64,000 nt of DNA from Burkholderiales bacterium (GTDB lineage Bacteria > Pseudomonadota > Gammaproteobacteria > Burkholderiales > JAEUOS01): assembly GCA_031430015.1 (NCBI GenBank), contig JANPAR010000221.1, positions 3,201 through 67,200 of the forward strand. The letters run 5' to 3'. Of the stretch, positions 38,049-45,437 are shown piece by piece. Positions within the stretch are counted from its first letter, which is position 1. Every line of letters starts with the position of its first letter. The notes under the pieces are model-generated. The model did not search any database. It was not told the DNA's origin and worked only from the letters and a program-made list of their open reading frames with translations. The translations under genes and the position numbers were made by a program.

Positions 38049-39169
38049 CACTGTGCCCCGCTGACGCCCGTTTGCAGCGCCTTGAGCGCCGCCACTCCCT
38101 TGACCGCAATCCGTTCGTTGCCCTTGAATGGCGCACTCACGAGCGTGGTGTCGGCACCTGATTCAAGCACTGTCACGGTCTGCGGCACGAAGCCTTCCGG
38201 CGTCTGGCGGTACACCATGGCGTGGCCGGCGATGCGGGCGATGGCCGAGGCCGGCACGCCCCACACACCGGCACCGCCCTGGCTCACCAGCACGACTTCC
38301 ACCAGTTGTCCGGGACGCAGGCGCGCCGCGCCGTTGCGGATTTCCACCCGCACCGCGACCGTCTGCGTGCCGCTGGCGACTGCGCGGCCCACCGAGATCA
38401 CCCGTCCCTTGACATCGGCCGCCGGCACGCCCGCCTCGGTGCCGGAGACGACGCCGGCCAGGCGGTCGACCGGCACCTGCACTTCGATCCATAGCGGGTC
38501 TAGCCGTGCGATCTTCATCACCGGCGCTGCCGCTTCGAGCCGCTGGCCGGCCACCGCCAGTTGCTCGATCACCACGCCGTCAAACGGCGCCGTGAGCACG
38601 ATTGCCGACGCAACGCCGCGCCCGCTGCGCAATTGCGCGATGCCGGCGTCGGACATGCCTGCCGCGCGCAACGCTTGAGTACGCTCCGCGACATCGGCCA
38701 GCACCTCCTGGTGGCGGCTGCGTGTGGCTTCCAGCCGGCTCCTGGCGATCAGGTCTTCGGCGAACAGCTTTTCATCTCGGTCAAGCGCCGACTGCGCCAG
38801 CTGGCGCTGCGCAGAGGCCTGCAGGTAGGTGTGCTGCACGTCGGCCAGCCCCGGGCTTTGCAAGCGCGCCACGACTTGCCCTTTGCGCACGGATTGCTGG
38901 GTTGCGACCAGCACGGTTTCCACCAGGCCGGCCAGCGGCGCGCTCACCATGCGCAACTGCTCGTTGGGGATCACCACCTGGCCGGGTAGTCCGGGCAGTC
39001 CAGTCCGGCCGGCGGCCTGACGCGCCTGCAGCGGCGCGGTGGTGATGCCGGCGGCGCTTTGCTGTGCCGTCGTGATTTTGAGGACTTCGCTCGTCGGCGC
39101 CGTGTGGCCCGCAGCGGAAGTGAATGCCAGCGCACAGGCGATGGCGCGTACCGGAATGGAAACGTTCAT
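38048..39169 (-). CDS. RND periplasmic adaptor (MFP, CzcB-like)
   Basis: Trimmed to the ATG at 39169. Signal MNVSIPVRAIACALAFTSAAG. Lipoyl and beta-barrel MFP pattern. Confidence 0.85.
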   Translation of the reverse strand: MNVSIPVRAIACALAFTSAAGHTAPTSEVLKITTAQQSAAGITTAPLQARQAAGRTGLPGLPGQVVIPNEQLRMVSAPLAGLVETVLVATQQSVRKGQVVARLQSPGLADVQHTYLQASAQRQLAQSALDRDEKLFAEDLIARSRLEATRSRHQEVLADVAERTQALRAAGMSDAGIAQLRSGRGVASAIVLTAPFDGVVIEQLAVAGQRLEAAAPVMKIARLDPLWIEVQVPVDRLAGVVSGTEAGVPAADVKGRVISVGRAVASGTQTVAVRVEIRNGAARLRPGQLVEVVLVSQGGAGVWGVPASAIARIAGHAMVYRQTPEGFVPQTVTVLESGADTTLVSAPFKGNERIAVKGVAALKALQTGVSGAQ

Positions 39170-39302
39170 GAGGATTACCCTGCCAGTCAATACAATGTGA
39201 CCCGGTCGCGCGCATTGCGCGGGCCGACTGATCAATCAAGGGAGTTCGTCGCGGCGCTGCCTCTGCCTGTTGGCAGACGTAGCTGCGGACGAAACGCGCG
39301 GC

Positions 39303-39689
39303 TTAGACCGTGACGGCGGGCGGCCCCTGGGGCGGGGGAGCGAGAAAGAAGGAAAGCTGGGGCAGATGCGCTGCTAGGTCGGCCGGACGCGGCGGCAGCG
39401 TGCGTGGTGCAGTCGGCACACACAGCACATGCACGACGCAGGCGGAGGCGCTTGCGTCCCACGGCAGATCACGGCGGATTTCCTGGCCGAGGCCGATGGC
39501 AGCCGAGTCTGTCAGTGCCGGGTCGGATGCCGTCAAGTGGTCCACCTGACCGGCAGAGGCGTGCAGGTCCAGGTGCAAATGAACCGTATGCGGCGATGCG
39601 CGATCCGCCCCGAGATGGGCGTGCAGGAGCGGCGCCGCTGCCTGGAGCAGGGCGATGGCACCGATCAAGAGGTATTGAATCACCCTCAC
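39303..39689 (-). CDS. possible small exported His-rich protein upstream of the second RND operon
   Basis: GTG at 39689 follows GGGAG. VIQYLLIGAIALLQAAAPLLHAHLG hydrophobic N-terminus. HTVHLHLDLH. Pro-rich C-terminus APPPQGPPA. Weak call. Confidence 0.4.
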   Translation of the reverse strand: MRVIQYLLIGAIALLQAAAPLLHAHLGADRASPHTVHLHLDLHASAGQVDHLTASDPALTDSAAIGLGQEIRRDLPWDASASACVVHVLCVPTAPRTLPPRPADLAAHLPQLSFFLAPPPQGPPAVTV

Positions 39690-39776
39690 GCGACACACTC
39701 CCGCATTGTGTAAACGCCGTCTATCTGCAAATGTGACCAAGCCCCTATCTTACAACGCCGATTTTTTGCGCATTGA

Positions 39777-39940
39777 ACCCTGTTCGCGGTGCCGCTGCGC
39801 TCGGAAGGGAACTACCGGATTTACGGCGCACGGCGCCAGGAGCGGCTATTGTTCATCCGGCACTGCCGCCCGCTTGACATGAATCTGGAGGAAATCCGCG
39901 CGCCGCTGCGCTTTCGCGATGCGCCGGAACAAAACTGCGC
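39777..39940 (+). pseudogene. MerR-family metalloregulator relic lacking the N-terminal HTH
   Basis: Reads ...PLRSEGNYRIYGARRQERLLFIRHCRPLDMNLEEIRAPLRFRDAPEQNC, matching the dimerisation-helix part of CadR/ZntR/CueR-type proteins. A stop lies immediately upstream, there is no HTH-coding sequence, and the downstream reading runs into repeat copies. Confidence 0.6.
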
Positions 39941-40035
39941 GGGCATTGCCGCAATGCCGAAGCCGCCGTGCCATGCCGGAGCGACTGCTTCGCCCATCCA
40001 TCCGGCCGCAGGATTCTGTCGGCGTGTCTGGCTGA

Positions 40036-40099
40036 GCACCGCTCCCACCAACGGTTTCATGGGGCACTCCTTCAGAATCGGCTCCCACCAACGGTTTTG
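40036..40099 (+). repeat. two tandemly spaced copies (~42 bp period) of the dispersed repeat
   Basis: ACCGCTCCCACCAACGGTTTCAT...TTCAGAATC followed by GGCTCCCACCAACGGTTTTGG. Confidence 0.7.
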
Positions 40100-40120
40100 G
40101 GGCATCGCATGCGGAAAAAG

Positions 40121-40663
40121 TCAATGTGCGTGCCCGCCACGGCCGTCGCGCCGCCCATCACCTGACCCGGCCCCGGTGTAGCCGCGCAATTGGTCATAGC
40201 GCGCGATTTGCTCTGCGCTAAGCAGGCGCGCGGTCTCGAGATGGGTGGTGAGATGTGAGGCGCGATAGCGTGCTTGCGCCGCGCCGATTTCCGCCACTTT
40301 CATTTCGACCAGCGCACGCGCCGGGTTGCCGGCGGCGAACATCGCGTCAAGTTCTTTTTCCAGCCGCACCACCGCGGCGCCCAACCCACGCGCGTCGGTC
40401 TTGTGGCGCGCCATCAACTGCGACAGCGTCTCGCGTTGAACCGGCGTCAAATCAAGCGGTGCAGCGAGTTCAAGCGCGTGCATCGGGCCGGGATGGCGGT
40501 TCAGTTCCGCCGCCCTGGCAAAGCCGGTGCCGGCGCCTTCGACGTAGGCGCGCACCTCCTCGGTCGACAGGGCCTTGATGGCGCGCGTCTCCTGGCCGGC
40601 ATAGGGATTGGCCAGCGCAGAGCTGGCGGCGAGAATCACTGCGAGGGCGGCGAACAATTTCAT
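40121..40663 (-). CDS. periplasmic Spy/CpxP/ZraP-family (LTxxQ) protein
   Basis: ATG at 40663 after AGGAG. Signal MKLFAALAVILAASSALA. LTPVQ and LSAEQ motifs. Gly/His C-terminal tail. Confidence 0.75.
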   Translation of the reverse strand: MKLFAALAVILAASSALANPYAGQETRAIKALSTEEVRAYVEGAGTGFARAAELNRHPGPMHALELAAPLDLTPVQRETLSQLMARHKTDARGLGAAVVRLEKELDAMFAAGNPARALVEMKVAEIGAAQARYRASHLTTHLETARLLSAEQIARYDQLRGYTGAGSGDGRRDGRGGHAH

Positions 40664-40685
40664 GCGGACACTCCTGGTGTGTTGG

Positions 40686-40913
40686 TCAATCAAATCCTTC
40701 GGTACGGAACATTGGTGCGCGATGATGTGACAGGTCGTACAACTCCCACGCCATCGAAGCAGTGACGAAAATCACCGCGCCGGTGGCGAACGCGATGCCC
40801 ATGCACGCCGCCGCGCCCCATGCCGGACATACCGACGTGCACTCACAACTGAGCCAGCAGGTCAGGCTGAGCGCGAGCGGGGTGGCGGCAGCGAGCGCAA
40901 TGGCGGTGCGCAC
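40686..40913 (-). CDS. small (75 aa) Cys-rich two-TM membrane protein, no family recognised
   Basis: GTG start 5 nt after the cusF stop. Strong GC3 bias in this frame. Cys at positions 19, 23, 25, 29 and 37 (LTCWLSCECTSVCPAWGAAAC). A second hydrophobic segment follows: GIAFATGAVIFVTASMAW. Confidence 0.5.
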   Translation of the reverse strand: MRTAIALAAATPLALSLTCWLSCECTSVCPAWGAAACMGIAFATGAVIFVTASMAWELYDLSHHRAPMFRTEGFD

Positions 40914-40918
40914 GGCGC

Positions 40919-41296
40919 TTACTTCTTCTCAATGCTGGTGACGACGTACTGCCCGCGAATCTTCTCGGCGGTGAATTGCACTTTATCGCCTTCCTTCACC
41001 TTGTCGAGCATGGTCGGCTCCTTGACCTGAAACACCATGGTCATCGCGCCCATGTCGAGGTTTTTGATCTCGCCGTGCTTGAGGGTGATCTTGCCGGCGT
41101 CCTTGTTGATGGTGCGCACTTCGGCGTCGGTCAGGTCTTTTTGGGCCAATTGCGCGATAGCGGCGGGGGCGTTTGCCGGTGTATTTGCGCCGTGACCGGC
41201 GTGACTCTGGTGATCCTCTTTTTTATCGTCTGCGGCGAGCGCCATGCCTGAGATGAGCATGAAGGTCAGGGCGGAGAGGGTGAGGGTATGTTTCAT
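40919..41296 (-). CDS. cusF: CusF-family periplasmic copper-binding protein
   Basis: Signal peptide, His-rich linker, and GKITLKHGEIKNLDMGAMTMVFQV (the CusF Met/His site region). Confidence 0.85.
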   Translation of the reverse strand: MKHTLTLSALTFMLISGMALAADDKKEDHQSHAGHGANTPANAPAAIAQLAQKDLTDAEVRTINKDAGKITLKHGEIKNLDMGAMTMVFQVKEPTMLDKVKEGDKVQFTAEKIRGQYVVTSIEKK

Positions 41297-41389
41297 GGTG
41301 TGGCTCCATTTCGTGAGGAGAGGGGAAACTGACTGGAAAACCGGGCGTAGATCTTGAGCGCAAGAAGGAGGGGATCTCTGGTTAAAACA

Positions 41390-41896
41390 CTACCCGGATA
41401 CCACCTTGATCGCACCCTTCATGCCAGCCTCAAAGTGGCCGGGAATCAGGCAGCCGTACATATACGTGCCGGGCTTGGTGAAGGTCCAGGTGATCTCTTC
41501 CTTGCCGCCAGGTTTGACGTGCGCCATGTAAGGCTCGTCGTGTTCCATGGTCGGGTGCTTTTTCATTTGCTCGGCGTGCTTCTTGAGATCCTCCTCGGTG
41601 CCGATCACCATTTCGTGCATCACCTTGCCGCCGTTTCTGACGACGAATTTCACCGTCTCGCCCTGCTTGACGGATATCTCGCCCGGCGTGAAACGCATGG
41701 TGTCGGCCATGTTCACGGTGATGGTGCGTTTGGCTTTTTTCGGGTCATCTTCCTTGCCGAAGGCGTGCTCGTCGGTGGAAATCTTGCGTGCAGGTTTCTT
41801 GTCGTGGCCGGCGTCGCCGTGCGCCCAGACGAGCGGTGCGGTGACGGTGAAGGTGGCGGCGAGGACTGCGGAGAGAAAGGCAGGGTTGAGTTTCAT
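41390..41896 (-). CDS. cupredoxin (plastocyanin/azurin-like, CopI-like) periplasmic copper protein
   Basis: Trimmed to the ATG at 41896. Signal present. Type-1 copper ligand pattern ...VMHEM... and YGCLIPGHFEAGM (C-x4-H-x4-M). His/Met-rich insert. Confidence 0.85.
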   Translation of the reverse strand: MKLNPAFLSAVLAATFTVTAPLVWAHGDAGHDKKPARKISTDEHAFGKEDDPKKAKRTITVNMADTMRFTPGEISVKQGETVKFVVRNGGKVMHEMVIGTEEDLKKHAEQMKKHPTMEHDEPYMAHVKPGGKEEITWTFTKPGTYMYGCLIPGHFEAGMKGAIKVVSG

Positions 41897-41941
41897 GGGG
41901 GTTCCCCTTGGATGGCTGATTCGTTGAATCAACAATTTGGT

Positions 41942-43405
41942 TCAATGCCCGGCATGGCCGGACGGTTTGCGGACGGTGACTTCGATTTCCTTCGCGGCGT
42001 TTCCGGCCGCTTTGCCCGCTGCTTTACCAGTGGCGGGGTTGATGTCGGTCATGCGCGAAGTCGGCGCGCGCGTGGGGTTGAGCGATTCACCTTCCCACTT
42101 GTAGGCCACGGTGTTTTTCGGAAACTTGTAGTCGCCCGGGTCTTTGTAATCGCCACGCGCCTGCCCCTCACGCACCTTGACGGTGGTGAACATGCCGCCC
42201 ATTTCGATCGCGCCAAACTGGCCCTGGCCGGTCATCATCGGCAGCGTGTTGTCCGGTATTTGCATTTCCATCTCGCCCATGTCGGCCATGCCGCGCTCGC
42301 CCATCACCATGTAATCGGGTACCAGCTTGTTGATCTTGGCCGCGATGCCGCGGTGATCAACGCCGATCATGGTCGGCACGGCGTGGCCCATCGGGTTCAT
42401 GGTGTGATGGCTCTTGTGGCAATGGAACGCCCAGTCACCCGGCTCGGTGGCCTCGAACTCGATGGCGCGCATCTGACCGACGGCGATGTCGGTGGTCACT
42501 TCGGGCCAGCGCGCGGACGGCGGCACCCATCCGCCGTCAGTGCAAGTGACGACAAACTCGTGGCCGTGAATATGGATCGGGTGGTTGGTCATGGTGAGGT
42601 TGCCGATGCGGATGCGCACGCGGTCACCCATGCGGCACGCCAGGGCATCGATGCCGGGGAAAGCGCGCGAGTTCCAAGTCCACAAATTGAAGTCCATCAT
42701 GGTGTTGACTTGCGGCGTTGCGCTGCCGGGGTCGATGTCGTAGGCGTTGAGCAGAAAGCAGAAGTCGCGATCCACCGGCATGAAGGCCGGGTTCTTTGGG
42801 TGCGTGACCCACATGCCCATCATGCCCATCGCCATTTGCGTCATCTCGTCGGCGTGCGGGTGATACATGAAAGTGCCGGGGCGGCGCGCGACGAATTCGT
42901 AGACGTAGGTCTCACCCGGTTTGATTTGCGGCTGGTTCAGGCCGCCGACACCATCCATGCCGTTCGGCAGGCGCTGACCATGCCAGTGGATGGTGGTGTG
43001 CTCGGGCAACTTGTTGGTGACGAACATGCGTACCTTGTCGCCCTCGACCACTTCGATTGTCGGTCCGGGCGACTGGCCGTTGTAGCCCCACAGGTTGGCC
43101 TTCATGCCCGGTGCAATTTCGCGTTGCACCGGCTCGGCGATGAGGTGGAACTCCTTGTAACCGTCTTTCATCCGGTACGGCAAGGTCCAGCCGTTAAGGG
43201 TGACCACCGGGTTGTACGGCCGTCCTGTGGACGGTGCCTTGCTGATGATGGTCGCCGCGCTGCCTTGCATTGGTGCTTCGGGCACCGCAGCCTGCGCCGC
43301 GCGTGAAATGGCCGCCGCGCCCAGCAAGGCAGCGCCCACCCCCGTGCTGCGGGCGAAGAATTGCCGGCGGTTGGTCGTTTTATGATTCATGTCGAGTGCT
43401 TTCAT
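41942..43405 (-). CDS. Tat-exported multicopper oxidase
   Basis: TNRRQFFARSTGVGAALLGAAAISRAAQA. Copper motifs HWHG, HPHADEM, HPIHIHGHEF and WAFHCHKSHH. Met-rich loop MTQMAMGMMGM. Start is uncertain (43405, 43390, or TTG at 43414). Confidence 0.9.
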   Translation of the reverse strand: MKALDMNHKTTNRRQFFARSTGVGAALLGAAAISRAAQAAVPEAPMQGSAATIISKAPSTGRPYNPVVTLNGWTLPYRMKDGYKEFHLIAEPVQREIAPGMKANLWGYNGQSPGPTIEVVEGDKVRMFVTNKLPEHTTIHWHGQRLPNGMDGVGGLNQPQIKPGETYVYEFVARRPGTFMYHPHADEMTQMAMGMMGMWVTHPKNPAFMPVDRDFCFLLNAYDIDPGSATPQVNTMMDFNLWTWNSRAFPGIDALACRMGDRVRIRIGNLTMTNHPIHIHGHEFVVTCTDGGWVPPSARWPEVTTDIAVGQMRAIEFEATEPGDWAFHCHKSHHTMNPMGHAVPTMIGVDHRGIAAKINKLVPDYMVMGERGMADMGEMEMQIPDNTLPMMTGQGQFGAIEMGGMFTTVKVREGQARGDYKDPGDYKFPKNTVAYKWEGESLNPTRAPTSRMTDINPATGKAAGKAAGNAAKEIEVTVRKPSGHAGH

Positions 43406-43410
43406 GGGGT

Positions 43411-44835
43411 TCAATGTCCGCCACTGGCGGGTTTGGCAGCCATGGGCGCCATTTCAGCGGCCAGGCCCAGGCTTGATGGTTTGCCGATCAGGGCCATCTG
43501 CAGCTCCGCCTCGGCGAGCCAGAAATCGCGCTGTGCTTCGATGGCGCCGTTGACCGCCATCACCTGCTCGCGCGAATCGGCGAGCAGCTCAAACACGCTC
43601 TTGAGGCCGCCGTTGTAGCGCAGCAGCATTTCGTCGGAGATTTTCTTGCGCAGCGGTACGATCTGGTCGCGGTAATGACGCGCCAGGTCGTGGCGGGTGC
43701 GGTAGGCCGAGTAGGCTTCGCGCACTTCGCTTTGCGCGTTGACGGCGGTCTCGCGGATGCGTTCGGCGGCGCGCATGTAACGCGCTTCGGCGCCGGCGAT
43801 GCGCGCGCCGCCGAAATCGAAGATGGGAATCTCGAACGCCACTTCCCAGCCTTTCTTGCGCGGATCGTGCCCTTCGTCGATGCGTACACGGCCGATCTCG
43901 AGCACGTTGGTAAAGCGTGTGATCCGGGTCAGACCGAGCGAGGCCGCCAGCGATTCGGCTTCGAGGCGGGCCGCCGTCACGTCAAGGCGCTCCTGCATCG
44001 CCTCTCTGGCGACCGTTTCCTCGCCGCGCGCCGCACCGGGCAGGTCGGGCAGGCGCTCCGGCAGCTTGAAGGCAGCCGGGTCGGCAAGCCCCATCAGGCG
44101 CGTGAGTTGTTCGCGTGCGGCGGTGGCGGCATGCTGCGCACGCGCCTGTTGTGCGGTGGCATCGGCATAGAACGCGTGTTCGCGCATCTGCGTGAGCTTG
44201 GCGAAATTACCGGCGCGCATCATGCGCCGCGCCAATTCCGCCCCGGCTTCGGCCGAGTCTCGCACCTGCTGCGTGTATTCCACGGTTTGCGCGGCAGCGA
44301 CCGCCTGGGTCCAGGCCTTGCGGGTGTCGCTGGCGGTGCGCAGCATTTCGGAGGTGACACCGCGCCGCGTGGCTTCGAAGCGGCGGCCGGCTGCTTCCAT
44401 GCGCAGCGGCAGGGTGATCAGCGACATCACGCCAAACGACAGGATGCTTTCGATCTTGGCTTCACTTCTGAAATCGAGTGCGCGCAAAAACGAAAATCGT
44501 GGATTCTCGATGCGGCCCGCCGAGACCAGATCGCTCTCGGAAATCCCCAGTTCGGCGTAGGTTGCCTGCAAACCGGGGTTGTTGTAGAGCGCGATCTGCA
44601 CAGCGTCGTCGGCGCTCAGGGGTTTGGCGAGCAAAGCGTCCACCTTGGTTTTGACGCTGTCGGCGTCGGCCGGGGTCTTGACCCACGCCGCGTCCTTGCC
44701 GAGCCGGTCTTTTGCGGTTTGCTGGGCCAGACCAAAGCCGCGGTCTTCCGAAAAGGTTGCGCAGCCGCCGAGCAGTGCCGTGGCGAGCGCCAATGCGAGC
44801 GTGCGTTTTGCAGGTTGCTTGAGGCAAGCGTTCAT
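43411..44835 (-). CDS. TolC-family outer-membrane lipoprotein
   Basis: Lipobox LLGGC. TolC-like two-repeat sequence. ATGA overlap with the upstream gene; its stop abuts the MCO start. Confidence 0.85.
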   Translation of the reverse strand: MNACLKQPAKRTLALALATALLGGCATFSEDRGFGLAQQTAKDRLGKDAAWVKTPADADSVKTKVDALLAKPLSADDAVQIALYNNPGLQATYAELGISESDLVSAGRIENPRFSFLRALDFRSEAKIESILSFGVMSLITLPLRMEAAGRRFEATRRGVTSEMLRTASDTRKAWTQAVAAAQTVEYTQQVRDSAEAGAELARRMMRAGNFAKLTQMREHAFYADATAQQARAQHAATAAREQLTRLMGLADPAAFKLPERLPDLPGAARGEETVAREAMQERLDVTAARLEAESLAASLGLTRITRFTNVLEIGRVRIDEGHDPRKKGWEVAFEIPIFDFGGARIAGAEARYMRAAERIRETAVNAQSEVREAYSAYRTRHDLARHYRDQIVPLRKKISDEMLLRYNGGLKSVFELLADSREQVMAVNGAIEAQRDFWLAEAELQMALIGKPSSLGLAAEMAPMAAKPASGGH

Positions 44836-45362
44836 TTCGTTCCCCCCATGTTTTTCATGTCGTGCGGTGCTTTTGGGGTAGCAGGCGCGGCGGCGGGCGG
44901 GGCGTTGCGGTCGAACGCGGCGATGCGGTACACATCGCCGTCTTTTTCGAGCTGGAACGCAATGCGCTCGCCGGGTTTCACCTGCTCCGCCAGAGCCGGC
45001 GACTTCAGTGACCAGTAAGCGATGCCGGCCGGCCAGCCAAGCGGCTTGACGGCGTCACCGTCAATGCGCACGCGGCCATTGGCGCGGTCAATCTCGAGCA
45101 CTGTGCCGGCGCCGGTGACGGTTTTTTCAATCTCGCGCAAATGCGCGTTGTGGCCGCCGAGCACGCCGGCGGTGTCGTTGACGTCGCGCCAGTTGGCGCG
45201 TTTCTCGTCGGCATAGGGCTGATAGCCCGTGAAAGCGGATTCGTATTTCGGCGGCGTGGCCGGCGGGGTCGATTGGTTCGATTGATTCGACTGGTTCGAC
45301 TGGGCCGACGCCGCGCCGGCGGTGGCGAGCGCCACCGTGGCGATGAGACTTCTTGAAAACAT
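44832..45362 (-). CDS. CusF-fold-like periplasmic protein lacking the Met ligands
   Basis: ATG at 45362 after AAGGAG. Signal present, plus an SNQSNQSNQS repeat. GAGTVLEIDRANGRVRIDGDAVKPLGWPAGIAYWSLK...VKPGERIAFQLEKDG follows the CusF pattern, with WPAMTMxF replaced by WPAGIAYW. Confidence 0.6.
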   Translation of the reverse strand: MFSRSLIATVALATAGAASAQSNQSNQSNQSTPPATPPKYESAFTGYQPYADEKRANWRDVNDTAGVLGGHNAHLREIEKTVTGAGTVLEIDRANGRVRIDGDAVKPLGWPAGIAYWSLKSPALAEQVKPGERIAFQLEKDGDVYRIAAFDRNAPPAAAPATPKAPHDMKNMGGTK

Positions 45363-45437
45363 GATGACTCCTTGACGATGAATGAAAACCGCCGCGTCCC
45401 CATTGGAGGACACGGACCTTCACTTGGCGTCAGGGAA

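Noticed and set aside
40041-40050. The repeat core ...GCTCCCACCA resembling a tRNA 3' acceptor end (possible tRNA fragment or integrase att site)
   Set aside because: No T-arm, anticodon arm or cloverleaf can be built around any copy. There are about 17 copies, and no integrase is nearby. The similarity is limited to about 10 nt.
39789-40181. The full 130-aa ORF as an intact small regulator
   Set aside because: Only its first ~50 codons resemble MerR proteins. The N-terminal HTH is missing, and the remainder translates two dispersed-repeat copies (…STAPTNGFMGHSFRIGSHQRFWG…). It is treated as a pseudogene.
41354-43306. 650-aa plus-strand ORF across the cupredoxin and multicopper oxidase genes
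   Set aside because: It is antisense to two genes with unambiguous copper-ligand motifs, and its sequence is low-complexity. This is a GC artefact.
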